A stretch of DNA of 55,350 nucleotides, counting the filler, from Platydemus manokwari (taxonomy: Eukaryota), in the NCBI GenBank assembly GCA_037951405.1. It is 5 parts of 5 records of this genome, joined end to end, with 100 filler letters (N's around TTAATTAATTAA, not from the genome) between each part and the next. Parts side by side here need not be neighbours in the genome. Positions count along the whole stretch, not along the records: positions 32,808 to 43,953 come from JBBMOY010877755.1; positions 44,054 to 55,350 come from JBBMOY010787758.1; 3 more parts are not named here. One strand, 5' to 3'. Position 1 is the stretch's first letter, and each line of letters starts with the position of its first letter. The translations under genes and the position numbers were made by a program. The notes below the pieces were generated by a model. The model did not search any database, was not told where the DNA came from, and was given only the letters and a program-made list of their open reading frames with translations. Below are positions 38,001 to 49,835 of this stretch, in pieces.

Positions 38001-39337
38001 ATCCATTGATATACATTTATTTTTTCAAACAAACTCTTTTTAGATAATAATCATAACTTATACATTATAATTATAGTTTATTATCATAAAATAAATATTA
38101 TAGTCAACTAAAGTATGAGATTAAGATTATGGTCAAATAAGTATTTAAATTCAAGTGATCACAACGTCATAATATGTTACTCATTAATGTTCACTTTTCA
38201 ATTGGATTTCGATTGAGACTTTTGTGAGGTCATTGTAGGCTTAGGTAGGAGGATTGGGTCTAATACAAAATATATTAAATTTTTATTCATTTTGTCTAAT
38301 TTAAATAAAATAATAAAATTTAATTATTTCTTTTTGTCTTTTTTGGTAAATCAAACCAACTTTGTGATGGGCAAATAATATTACAATTATTATGACTTAC
38401 TATTGTATGATAAACGGACATTATTTATTGATATCTTTCTCTAACACAATCATCAAATATTAGTTGATATGCATACCTTATGAAATTTCTGGTGAAGCAG
38501 TTTCTGTACTTGCTCTAGTGCTCAAATCAGTTGGCTATTTGCAGTTTTCATTGGATGTAACCTCCCGATACTCAATTAAATGCAATTTTATATTCCAACC
38601 ACAGAAACATGCTTATCTTTCCTTCCATTTTAGGAATGACAGTTTCCAGAAAGTAAAGATTAATTTGCAGTCGATTCTTAAACTGAAGAGTGTTTCAATA
38701 TCTGGAGATTCCTGTCGGATTTAGGAACGACCAAACTCCAGAAAATCCTGCTGGATTTGCAATGTGCTACAAGTTTTGACTTGGATATCATACAAAAGAA
38801 GTTTTATTGTACTGTAACTATACACAATAATAATCTCTTTGAGTTTGGTTTCGCAGATCACTCTCATTGGCATCTAACACCCAGGAATATCTGATAGGAA
38901 TGTCAACAGACTAGCCTCCAAGATTGGGCACACAGTTAGGATCTGACAACATCGTCAAACTGGATGTTTCTTTATGTTAAAGATGATTCAGATCTGCAAG
39001 TTTGAGGATTTCCCTAACTTTAGGGACATGAGTCACTACCTCTGAGTTTTGGCAAATCAGAAGCCAGTGGTTAAACTCCACTGACAAAAGAGTGTATGAT
39101 GAGCTATAATGCAAAATATGGATACACCATTCTTATCGTTCTTCCAGGTCTTGGGCAGAAAAGAAGAAGTAGAGTAAGATCTGGTGATTCATGTTGTGCA
39201 CTCTTCTGATAATCAATGATGCTCTTCAATGTCCTACACCCAGAAACAATTTTTGGGTTATCAACCGATAGTGTAAATCTGAAAATTGTATTAACTTAAA
39301 TATCACACTCAAAGTATCAACAACAACAAATCAATTC

Positions 39338-39795
39338 GTGATTCACAAAGTAGATCACTTAAGACGGGATCAAGCGCACAAAAGTTAAAAACAGAATGAA
39401 AAGTAATCAAAAAGACTGATTACTAAAATCAGACATAAGCTAAGCGCTCAAGTTACAGACCAAGAAAGACTGGCAGATATCCATGGAACTCAAACTCTTT
39501 ATAAACCTATCAGAGACGTCTGCTTGATGTCGAGAATCTTCGTTTTCCATTTGCTAAATTCGTTCTATGATCGATTTATTTAGGATTTTCCTCGTATCTT
39601 ATGTGCAACTGGCGGATATTTGAGTATGCTGCCATTTGTAGTTTCCTAGCTTCTAAATATGAATAAACATTAGAGTTATACTGATTGATTAATAGCATTT
39701 GTGTTTATCGGGTCGGTGTGTATTGACTCTTGTAGAGTGCTTTCCTTGATTCTTGTAACTCTATGACTGACTTGTGATCTACTCAACACTATACG
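39338..39795 (+). repeat. Dispersed repeat of about 460 bp (partner 12240-12696)
   Basis: See partner. Confidence 0.8.
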
Positions 39796-41501
39796 AATTG
39801 CAAGAAATGAAATTAAGCGGTCGTGATTTACATTTGAGATTACGTGTTACACAAACATATTTTCTATAGCTATTTTACAATGTCCTGGCATAAAACAACA
39901 GACCACGGTTCAATAAAGCAGATCAGACAACCTCAATGCTTTAAATGACGATTTGTGGGTAAAACTGGACTCGAGACTCTGGGGAAAATAGAGTATAGTT
40001 TCGAGAATTCCCGAAGAAACTGATTTTATCAATTCTGAGCCTATGAGAAAATAGAGATTGATAATTGCTCATATCATTAGCATTTTCGAGTCATCGAGCA
40101 AAATAGATGATAATTATTCAAAGCTGATGGCCTGACTTCGATAATGCTCTCCGAGAAATTTGCAGTCCAACTTAAATGAATTTTTTGTTTTGTCAAGTTT
40201 CTCAAGGAGTATCTGAAGGTAATGAATTTTTTTATTTCAGGTTATGAGCTCATACATTAGTGTTCCATATTATTAATATCTGATAAAACCTTCGTACCAA
40301 TTTCTAGCTAATTCATATAATAGATTGCGTTTTGATTAGTACCTAATTATAACTAAACAAATAAACATCGCCAACATTATCAAACTCTTTTATTAGATAA
40401 AAAATAATCTTTCAAAATCATTAAGAAGATTCCATTAAGAAGTTAATGCGTTCCAGGCAAGATTACTGTGACCATTTGTTGTAAACTTATAGCTTGAGCT
40501 GAACTGTGTGAATTTTGGTGATAAATTCAATAAATCATTTATAAAAATTTGTGTTGATTTGATCTGTTTCAAAAATGTCAAATAAAATGAATTTTCATAC
40601 ACATAAAAGAGCTCACGCTGTTGAGTTGCTATACAATCATTAACATCTACAACCCAACATCAATAAAGAAGGAATATGTTAAGATAATAATCGATCAAGT
40701 CAATAATTATTGTGCCCAATTAGTTTTAATTTATCATTTTAACGAACAAATTTTCGAAACATATTTATTAAGATATTTAATATTTTGTCATGTGATAAGA
40801 ATGACATTGGAATGCAAAATTTGTCATTAAATCATTGATATATATACATGATCTGATTTGGAAAATAAATTTTGTAAATACAAGAAATATAATATTATAA
40901 ATTAATATATCAACTCAAATAAAAGCTAATTTCAATTAAATAAATAATTGCGTTATTAAAATATTTTGAATAAAAATACATTTTTTTATTTAAATAAATG
41001 ATGTATAAATTTGAAAAATAATTTTTTAATTTAATTTCATCTTTAAAAGTAATTTTAATGAAATAATATTAATGCTTCTCTATTATTTAGAATAACTTTC
41101 AGGATATGAATGAGAAATAGATCGATTAGTTTCCAAATAACCAGTAAGTAGATATTATTCTGTTATCTGAATTAGTTTTGCAATACGGTTAATGTAAAAT
41201 AGATTCTCTCTATCGCTCGATATCGGATTACAAGCTGGAATTTGAGGTGGAAACCAATAAATATTATTTCCAGATGCTTAATCGAAGATATCAAATTTCG
41301 ATTGATAATACCAGAAAGGTGAGCAATGGAAAACGCTATTCTTTCGAAATGGCTTATTATGTGACATAATGGTCAGGTAAATCGAAAATAATAAATGATG
41401 TGGTTGTAGTGATGTGGTTGTTTAAACTGGTGGAAATAAGTGGATAAATCATTGATTTTATATTTCCATATAGAAAATGTATTGATAGAGTCATTGATTT
41501 A

Positions 41502-42996
41502 TTAATACACAGAAGCTTTTATCATTAATTGATTATTTTTATTCAAATTTCGATTGCCAGATATTCCGACTGAGAGAAAATGATTGAATACCATGATGTC
41601 TGTATTTTCTAGCTTCTGCGACGTGACATTATTGAAATTTATAGAACATTTTAATCTTGCCGTTTTATGAGCGAGTCCAGTTTTCTGATTGATCACAGTC
41701 AGCTCGACGTCTCGATTGAATGGCCATTCCAGATTATCATCAAATGGTCCCCTCAAAATGCAGAAAGATATCCACAAATCACCTTTACCAAAAGAATCAC
41801 ACCGCAAGGCTAGACACATTTTGAAGCCATTTTTGTGAGAGAAAAATGAATCACTGAAAATTGGATGGCAAAACATCCTTTGTAACGGCTGGATTGTTTC
41901 TGAATAATTTTTGATTGTCCAATCGAAATGTCCTGCATTTTGTGCAAACTCTAATGTATTGATTTGTAGTTGTGCTTTCTGATAAACATAATGAGAAACA
42001 GCCATCTCTAAACCAATCAAATTAACCTCCATCTTTTCCATTTGTTCTTTCCAAGTTTTTTCACATCTCGATACTAACTGCTCACAATTAAGTTTAAGTT
42101 GCTCTATTTTAATCTCTTGTTCTTCCGATGCTCGAATATAATTATCGATTTTCTTATTTAAACTCACAATCTAAATAAAAAAATCACATAATTTTAAGTC
42201 AATAATTTCATCATCCACTTCACTTGCTTTGCCTTGTCTTTTTTAATCGATTTAAGTTCTGCTCTCATTGATTGATTCTCATTTTTCAACAATTCGATTT
42301 CTTTTGAATTCTCCTTTTCCTTTCTCTGCAAATCTGCAATAATTTTCTAAAATATTTGTCAATCACAAAATATTATTTGATAAATATCGATTTTACTTGT
42401 GTTGTTTGTTTATCGTTTATCATTTGTTGTTCGAGATCGATATTTTTTGTTGTTAACCTATGGTTATCTTTGTTTAATAATTCGATCTCATTTGAACAAT
42501 TATTGATCCAATTAATCAATAATTGTGTATGAGGATAAATCTCATTTGAGAAATGATTTCCCGCGTTGTTATTCGTCAATTTATCTTCTGTACAGCCTAG
42601 ATTGAAAAGTGGACATTTTTGAGGCTTGTTTGTGCAATTCTGTAAGTGATCAGCTATCGATATTAATTCTACTATTGATTCACAACCAATATTGGGACAT
42701 TTTGTTTGAAGTTTCGATATTCGGTAATTGACATTTCGATTATATTGAATATCTTTATCAATACTTAGAAGCTCTTCTTCACAAAAATTTCTTCCTCCCG
42801 GACATTTTTTAGGTCCATCTATCCAATATTGATTTACACATTCTTTGCAAAACAAACAGAAACAAGGTGCATTGCACGCTTCTACAAGAATATTTCTGCA
42901 AATTGTGCATTTATAATTCGAGTTTGTATAATCTGAGATCTCTAAATTATATTGTTTCATAATTGTCCACATCTTCTCGAAATGTTGATCACTCAT
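41502..42996 (-). CDS. traf: TNF receptor-associated factor (TRAF)-like protein, about 463 aa
   Basis: Exons 42996-42397, 42346-42224, 42170-41502, joined by phase-0 GT-AG introns of 50 and 53 nt. N-terminal RING (CTIC...CFCLFCKEC...CP), zf-TRAF (CPNIGC...HLQNC), coiled coil, MATH (WTIKNYS...SDSFFSHKNGFKMCL...GPFDDNLEWPF). Possible 44-nt 5'UTR intron at 43005-43048. Confidence 0.92.
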
Positions 42997-45153
42997 GATT
43001 TGATCTAAAAATTACGGTAGAAACAATAAAAGTATTTAAAATACTAACAATTTTGAATATATATTGATAAAATATTAAATAATATTATTGTAACATGATT
43101 GGTTAGAAAATTATTAACTCACAAATATTTCCTGATTTATTTGAAAATGAATGTGTAACATAAACCATATTGATCCGAATAAACAAATCGATCAATAACT
43201 GTAAATAAATGATGAAAAATAAAGTTCAGTCAAATAAATTTTAGTTTGATATAATTTTATAATATAATATATTCATAATTACAATCTAATATATTTTCAT
43301 TATGATGTTGTCAAGGTAACTTAATAATAAAATCATGAATGATATGGATTTTATTTGAGGATCAATTAAAACATATGCATTTCACAAGTTAATTTGACGT
43401 TAAATTTGTTTTGAATTTTGTAACGATGTTTAGTACCTTTCTATGACATAACTGCTTGTTTATCAACTTCGATTTGATTCCTATTTCTTAAAAATGTTCT
43501 TATTTACAGAGATGGAAAAATTTTTAAATTCCAGTATAGTAATTAGGATTTGAAAAAATATATTTGATTCGAGATATATTTGCCGCTCAATTGAGTCAAC
43601 AAATCGAAATAAATAATTGACGAAATACTTGTTCACGAGACATGAGTTTCACGATTGTAATATGAAAATTTGTTTTTATTTTATGATATACAAATCGATT
43701 TAAATTCTTTCAATGTTCTAAATATTTAGTTACTACAGTTATATGTTTTGGAGGTTTTGGTTAATATTTTCACAGATCTATATTAGCCTTATCTATATCC
43801 CTTCTTTATATTGACGATGATTCTCCAATATTACTTGTGAGATATTTGATATTAAATGAATTTCAATTTAATTCGGAACAATTTTAATTTACATTTATTC
43901 AAATTTTAATCAGATTTAATTTAATTTTATAAAAAATTAAATTAAGGTAAAATNNNNNNNNNNNNNNNNNNNNNNNNNNNNNNNNNNNNNNNNNNNNTTA
44001 ATTAATTAANNNNNNNNNNNNNNNNNNNNNNNNNNNNNNNNNNNNNNNNNNNNCCAATTACTTAATAATTTCAATAATAATATTAATTATTTAATAATAA
44101 TTTTAAAATTAAAATAAATATTTCGAAATTTTATCAAATTATTAAAAATTAATATTAAGCTATTTGAAAAAGAAAATTAAATATATTTATCTATCTATCT
44201 GTACCGTAGGATTTATAAGTCTCCTCTAAAACTAAAATAAAACAACAAAACACAGCATAATTTATACTAATATTTATTATTCACTGATTAATGTACTTGA
44301 TTTCTTATTAATCAGTTGCATTATTACAATATGACAGAATCAGCTGGTGATGTTAAATATTTGCTTGCGGATATAGTGTTTATATCTAGCCATGCAATCG
44401 TGTACTAGAGTAGTGCCAAAGCTTGCCAAGAATTTCAACATTGCAATCGTGTGCCACCAACTACGACATGAAGAAGCAATTTCATATGAATTAATAAACA
44501 TCAATAAAGAAGTCGTCCGTAAATGTTATTCAAGCTTCAGAGCACGATGCAATTTCTGTTTGGAGCAAGATGATGAACATTTTGAACAGTTGCTATGAAA
44601 TTGCTTATTATTTACTGTTATTGTCTTTTGTAGTGCATAAAAGTAATTGAATACATTTAGTTTGTTCTTACGGTTGTTTTATCTAAGTTTTATTAACGGT
44701 ATATTTTATCGCACGGTATATATATTTACATGTCTGATTAAGATTGACAATAAAATCTCTCTGGAAAATATTTTAAATTCGTTTTAATATGTATGATGTG
44801 TGTATTAATAAATAAATGTGTGTATTAAAATGAATTCTTCCATTGAATCTTCAATTTTAAACGAGGTAGCTATTACTAACAATAACAAGATAAAAAAGCA
44901 TAATATTTAATTAATAATTAATTATACTAATAATATAATTTTCATAAATACAATGCAAGCATTCCATATTGATTAAAGCAATATAATGGTAGTTATTATA
45001 ATTATAATCTCATATTTATATCTAAATATAAGTGAAATATATTATTTCCCACTGGATAAATATTGAAACAAACCATTTTCATTCAATTTATAAATATCCC
45101 CAAATATAAAGACAAATATCATAACATTCATTTGTCATTCTATTAGAATCTAT

Positions 45154-48100
45154 CTAACTAACTTGATCAACAAGTTCCATGGAATCCAACAATTCCGAAT
45201 GAGTTGTTGTAATATGGCTATGAAGTTGACTGGCTTGTCGAAAATGTTTATCACAACCAATTTGAGGACATTGATACAAATGAGTTGTAATAGATTTATG
45301 TAGAAACATAGTAGCACTATTATTGGATTGAGGTGACGAAGAATTTTGGAATTCTTTACTTTGACGATCTAACCAATTAAAACATAACCCAAATTAAATG
45401 AGTCATTAAATTCATAAACTGTAATTAATTTTGTAAGATTACATTAAAAAACATTGTATAAATCCAATTATGGATATATACGTAACAATCGACAAACAAA
45501 TTCAAACATCTATGATAAAGGCTTCTTAAAAACGTTATAATGAAACTATATAATGTCTTAAAAAATTATCAAGAAATATTTTTCTCTCAATCGACAAACA
45601 TAGAATAAGTGAATTTTATATCAGCAAATTGAGAAAATCCTTGACATCTGGTATTGTGATAGAAAAATATGATTTTAATGAAAAATTAAGTTATTCAAAA
45701 AAATATTTTGATGACTTCAACTGTCGCCCGAATGATATAAATGGTGACGTCATTGTATGATCACTTTAGAGTGTTCACAAATTGCTCATGTTGAAACTTA
45801 GACAGAAATACCGAGTAACAATATTGATAATTTTGATATCGTAAAATGCGATTAGATAAACAATTAGTTGAGAATTGTTATAGAGACAAATACAGATATT
45901 TTCTTAATGAATTTATATAAACGATTGGTTGATAATTTATGTTAAATCTTTAATTTGATATGAAACCATATTTTGTTTTGTCAACTAATTAAATCAACAG
46001 TATTAATTCTATAATAACACCAGGATTGAATTCACACAGGGAAACACGTCTATATAAATTATACCACTGGATTATTATCACCAAAATAATGAGCAATCGA
46101 CATAAAATAAATATATATTTAAAGATATGATATTTATAGAGCAACGATGCTTTTTCACATGTTACCTTGCCTTGTGGGATTTTTGAGACCACCATATCGT
46201 TTCCAGTAACTCCAACATGTATCGCACAGTTTACAATGTAAATTTGGCGGACCCCATGCAAACCATTGACCTGATGATAAACTACCACAACTTTCACAAC
46301 CGGAATTGCTCTGTGCATTAGAAGTTGACAATGAACCAGTAAATAAAACAGCCGGATTTGGTTTAGTATAATTGGGAATGTACACTTGTTTCAATTTGTG
46401 TTCATTCTCACATCTTTTGATTCGTTTCAATTGAAGATAGTGCTGAGACGTTTTCCACATATAATAAAACTCCACGAGTTTCTTGGGACTTTTCCAAGGC
46501 AGAAAGTCATTATAAATATGATGGAAATATTTCCCATATTTCCCTAAACCTTCTTCAAATAGTTTGCCTTCATTTGCTGACCAATCTTCCATTTCATCAC
46601 GAACAAGTGCTGGAGCACCACCAGGAGTTAATAATGCAATGGCTTCATGAAAATTATAATTGGCCTAAGATAGAAAAACATTTAAGGTTTCTTATAATAC
46701 AACCAATGTTTTAATAGCAAATTATTCTCCTTAATAAATAAAGTCAATGGAACGAATATAATCACACTATTCAAAAATTTAATTATTTCTTGATCTTAAA
46801 ATGCATCCAAAAATGAAAATAACATTTCTGAGATTCAAATATATTTTAACCCATTATTTCAATTGAGGTTCTGCATAATGTTCGTGTGGTCATATTCGGC
46901 AAAAAAATTAATTAGCTTGATATTTTCAGAAATAAATAACCATTAAAATGATCACCTTCGTTATTTTAGCAGCTATACACATCAACAATGTCTTCATTGT
47001 TGAAGCAATTAAACATATTGAACTTTAATAGAAACTTGTTACAAAAGAGACCCAAAATAAGGGTGTCTCTCACCGAAAAGTGATATACGCTTAACGAACA
47101 ATAAAATGTAGGAAAATAGAAATTTTTCTTGACGATACTACTGAAAGTGTAATTTCTGAAATAATAAAATCAAATAAGGAGAATAATAGGAGAACTTCTT
47201 AATCAATGATTATCATTTAAGGCAGTATCGCGAATATTTTTTGGGGAGTCGTGAGAAATTTTATTTTTGACACTGACTTGTATTAAGACAAAATATCGAT
47301 CGAATTTTAAAGATCTGGAACTAGTATTGAGACCATCAATCACCGAAATAGAGCCAAGATTTGATGTTTTATGCCAGAATACAGAAAATTATTGTTAAGA
47401 AAAATTGACTTTATTATTTTTATTTTAATTCCAAAAGGTCACGAAAAAATTTGGACTCGTAAAGTGGGTCACAGCAGAAAAAGTGTGAAGATTACTGATT
47501 TAAAGTACGATTAACTTGTTCAGATGTCAATTAATTTGCATTATATTCTTAAGAAATTATATAGTGAAACAATTATATACCTCATGAAATGTTCCAGCAT
47601 CTTTGGAAAAATCAAAAGTAAATTAATAAATTTCAAATATAATGAATAACTAAAAAACGAAAATCCAGTGTTGAATATTTACAATTTTGTTAGACCAATA
47701 TGCATTAACAACCATTATTTTATTATCCAAATAATAACCATTACTCATAAGTTAATCAATATGGCACTCCAAAATGATAGAATATGCACAAACACCGAAA
47801 TTCGAAAATATCCATCTACTCATTATTGTCAATAGATAATTTTTAATATTTATTCACAAATTTTCGGACGTTCGCTTACTCATTGTTATCAATAGATAAC
47901 GATTGGAAACAAAAAATTGGCTTCATGTGTTTTATGAGAAAATTTACCAAAATTTAAACAAAAATATCAATCTGACCGTTTTTTCAATGGGAAATAATTT
48001 TGCTTCATTAAATATTAATTGACAAGGTTAAAATCCGAAGCAATTACCTTATGTAATCTATTAAATGCTTCCATCAATGTGATATCTCTGGCGGCGGCTG

Positions 48101-49001
48101 CTGCTGCAGCTGCCAAATTGGGCTGTCTAACGCTACTAGTAAGATCACAAGCTCGGGCATAAGTTCCCAAAGATCGACAAATCGTGATGAAATTTTCGAT
48201 TTCTTCATTGCTCATTTTATTATTCGGTTGCCATAAAAAAGATTCATAAATACGTGATTTATAATTCAAATTTTGAGGTCCTGAACCGTTCATGTACTCA
48301 TTAACATCAATTTCAAAAACTTTTATTTACCATTCCAATGCGGAACTTTTACTTGATAATTGGAACCTATTCTTATAGAACCTTTGCCACTGTGAATGGT
48401 TTTCTGTACGGCATCGTATACAAGGCTGTAAAAAAACGTATTCTCTGTCGTGTTATAGTTGAGAAGCATTTCATTGTCACTGAACTGAGTAACGCGTGCT
48501 TTACCACGAATGTGAGTAGCTGGCAAAGTTTCTAATTGTCTGGTAATAAACAATTCTCTGTGTTTCAACTAAGACCATGGTAATTAATTTAGAGGTTTTA
48601 AAAGAATTACTAAATGAATTTGTTCTTCAGATAAGACTGAGAGATTTTCCTGAGTATCTACTGGCAAAAATTATATCTAACAAAGATAATATAGAACAAA
48701 ATGTAAATACAATTCGCTTTATCAGCCATTTGGAGTAAAGAATTTGATAAGTCTCTACGACGATAAAAACATACGACTTTCGCTTCAACTGCACCAGTTG
48801 TTGTCTACCAGAATTTAAAAGATGTTAATATATTACGAAAAAAACAACTTTATTCAATTCTTCTATTTTTCTTATTTGATATGGAGCACCAGCTGATGTC
48901 TCAAAATAAACAAAGTCTAAGAGATAGAAAAGTTAAAAAATAGTATTTTTAATAAACTTAATATTAACACCTCCAACTCGATACATGTTATTTGAGGCCA
49001 T
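45154..49001 (-). CDS. mta: Metastasis-associated (MTA)-family NuRD subunit, about 475 aa
   Basis: Exons 49001-48971, 48916-48849, 48804-48711, 48660-48611, 48568-48331, 48280-48048, 46664-46166, 45368-45154; all GT-AG and phase-consistent. [16 protein letters not shown]... BAH; ELM2 ([16 protein letters not shown]); SANT ([11 protein letters not shown]...VEFYYMWKT); GATA-ZF (CESC...[18 protein letters not shown]); C2H2 finger in the last exon. The last exon is less certain. Confidence 0.93.
47223..47497. mobile_element. hAT/Charlie-type MITE in MTA intron 6
   Basis: CAGT...ACTG ends. 8-bp TSD-like flanks ATTTAAGG (47215-47222) and ATTTAAAG (47498-47505). Charlie-like GGGTCAC subterminal motif. 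Confidence 0.55.
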
Positions 49002-49741
49002 TTCTAAAATTGTTCAGAAAAATTGTATTAAAAACTTATTTAATTAATATTTAATAAATAATTAGTCGACCATTCAATTTTTAAAATATGCCAAATACTT
49101 AAAACAAAATTATATTTACAATTAAAACTTTAAATTTGTTATAAGATGTTTTTGTTAAAAGAAATATATTTACTTAAATGAAGTAGAAAATGTTTAGAAA
49201 CATTTATATTAATTTGTAAATATGAAGGGTTATTTTTATTTTAGAAAAATAATTATACAAATATACTGTTTATTTAATTCTGCACTTTAATTTAAAAATA
49301 GCTTTTAATTAAACAGAAAAGAACATGAAATAAGTCGAAAGAAGACAATAAAAAACACAGTGGCACAAAAAAGGAAAAAAATTCACCTTTCTTGGAAAAT
49401 CACTATCATCATCTATTTTTAGCTGATTCTAAAATATTTTAAAAAGCAATGATTGTCATCAATTTATACATCAAATCATCAATTATAGTTAAAATTTTAC
49501 TCTCAATATCGCAAATACTGCCCAAAACCCAAAATCGACAAACTAACCTGCGATTTATTTATTCAAAATCTTTAGACATAATGACAATCATGTGATCAAA
49601 TAATTAATGATTTCAAAAAGTGATAACAATATAATGTATCTTTTGTTATTTAACTTAAAACGCCAGTCAGTTGCTTAATAAACCTTTGTATTGTTATTAC
49701 GTCCAATTCAAAACCTTTTTATTTCAATCGTTTTGAGTAGA

Positions 49742-49835
49742 CTATTATAAATCGCATCTCACTTTTAACAACACCTTTAAATATTCGTGAACGAATTTAA
49801 AGGTGTTGTTAAAAGTGGGGTGTGGTTTATAATAG
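49742..49835 (+). other. 94-nt near-perfect hairpin (candidate pre-miRNA-like RNA or tiny MITE)
   Basis: 41-bp arms with four mismatches, all forming G-U pairs on the plus-strand RNA. Confidence 0.6.

Noticed and set aside
44392-44598. 68-aa ORF faintly like an ISXO2/Merlin transposase N-terminal region
   Set aside because: No catalytic motif or TIR visible.
45989-46318. 109-aa minus ORF; also 48338-48535 (+)
   Set aside because: Alternative or antisense frames over MTA exons.
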